Made by a program: the position numbers and the translations under genes. From contig JAPDJI010000001.1 of NCBI GenBank assembly GCA_029259155.1, forward strand, positions 8,042-72,041: 64,000 nt of DNA. Reading direction: 5' to 3'. The notes below the pieces were generated by a model. It was given only the letters and a program-made list of their open reading frames with translations, ran no database searches and was not told the origin of the DNA. The number at the start of each line of letters is the position of its first letter. The stretch's first letter is position 1. This DNA comes from Candidatus Methanomethylicia archaeon (lineage in GTDB: Archaea; Thermoproteota; Methanomethylicia; Nezhaarchaeales; B40-G2). Positions 63,844 to 64,000 of this stretch are shown here, in pieces.

Positions 63844-64000
63844 GCCTAGCCCTCGCTAAGGACTGGCGTCGCTCTTAGCCTATTACACCTTGTAGTCTCC
63901 AAGTATTCTCTAGCTCTTCCAGGAATATTCCTAGACCTTCCCGGCGCTTATTCTTATTTACAATTTTGTTTAAAATTAAACCTCTTTTTCTAGAAGTTTT

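Noticed and set aside
1-64000. CRISPR arrays, rRNA genes, IS elements/transposases
   Set aside because: No regularly spaced direct repeats, no rRNA-like conserved segments, and no transposase/integrase-like ORFs were seen.

Overview
This window is a chromosomal segment from a thermophilic archaeon, probably a crenarchaeon (Thermoprotei-like): its RadA, AglH/Agl24-like genes, archaeal-type CoA pathway and PurP/PurT are all archaeal hallmarks. GC is about 50%, genes are dense on both strands, and many neighbours overlap by 4 to 20 nt, which suggests operons. No CRISPR array, rRNA, IS element or integrase was seen.

Modules in order:
1. 1-10.9 kb: a surface glycosylation / nucleotide-sugar cluster. 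It holds three NAD-dependent epimerases (one with a Cys4 insertion), a GT2 Dpm1-like synthase, a GT-C PMT/ArnT-like membrane transferase, an SMR-like small membrane protein, AglH (GlcNAc-1-P transferase), a DUF354 GT-B protein (possibly Agl24/Alg13-14-like), a nucleotide-sugar dehydrogenase and a Gfo/Idh/MocA oxidoreductase.
2. 11-21.3 kb: a purine de novo operon, purC-purF-[ModE-like regulator on the opposite strand]-purF paralog-[wHTH-MNT/HEPN toxin-antitoxin]-purD-purT-purE-purM. Further pur genes lie downstream: purP at 51.3-52.7 kb and purS-purL ... purQ at 53.2-58.7 kb.
3. 22.8-28.6 kb: SfsA, a membrane-anchored ArsR-type regulator, and a putative recombination-mediator cluster. The cluster is a TM/Cys protein, a large protein with a degenerate P-loop and a C-terminal wHTH, a small ORF, RadA, a SWIM zinc-finger protein and a degenerate RecA-fold paralog.
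4. 28.5-33.7 kb: miscellaneous genes (cupin, HAD hydrolase, a radical SAM gene with an unresolved start, amidohydrolase, methylmalonyl-CoA epimerase-like VOC protein, a beta-helix repeat protein with an overlapping PIN-like gene) and tRNA-Gln(TTG).
5. 33.9-37.4 kb: a glycogen-type module, an amylo-1,6-glucosidase-like hydrolase plus a GT4/GT5 synthase.
6. 37.6-44.5 kb: TldD/TldE, an AbrB-PhoU regulator and LeuRS.
7. 44.5-50.9 kb, minus strand: an archaeal CoA operon. In transcription order it is CoaBC, pantoate kinase, an HPS/RraA-like fusion, ketopantoate reductase, phosphopantothenate synthetase and a PLP decarboxylase.
8. 56-64 kb: a UDG-like protein, LarC, an HD hydrolase, a DUF1152-like protein, a Tes/GDGT-MAS-like radical SAM with a rubredoxin-like N-terminus, and small membrane proteins.

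The most unusual observations:
- the RadA + SWIM + inactive RecA-fold cluster, which resembles the eukaryotic Shu complex;
- a PurF paralog that has lost its catalytic cysteine;
- the HPS/RraA fusion embedded in the CoA operon;
- two genes (a radical SAM gene and coaBC) whose conserved N-termini lie in-frame upstream of any canonical start codon, each with a short upstream ATG ORF offset by -1.
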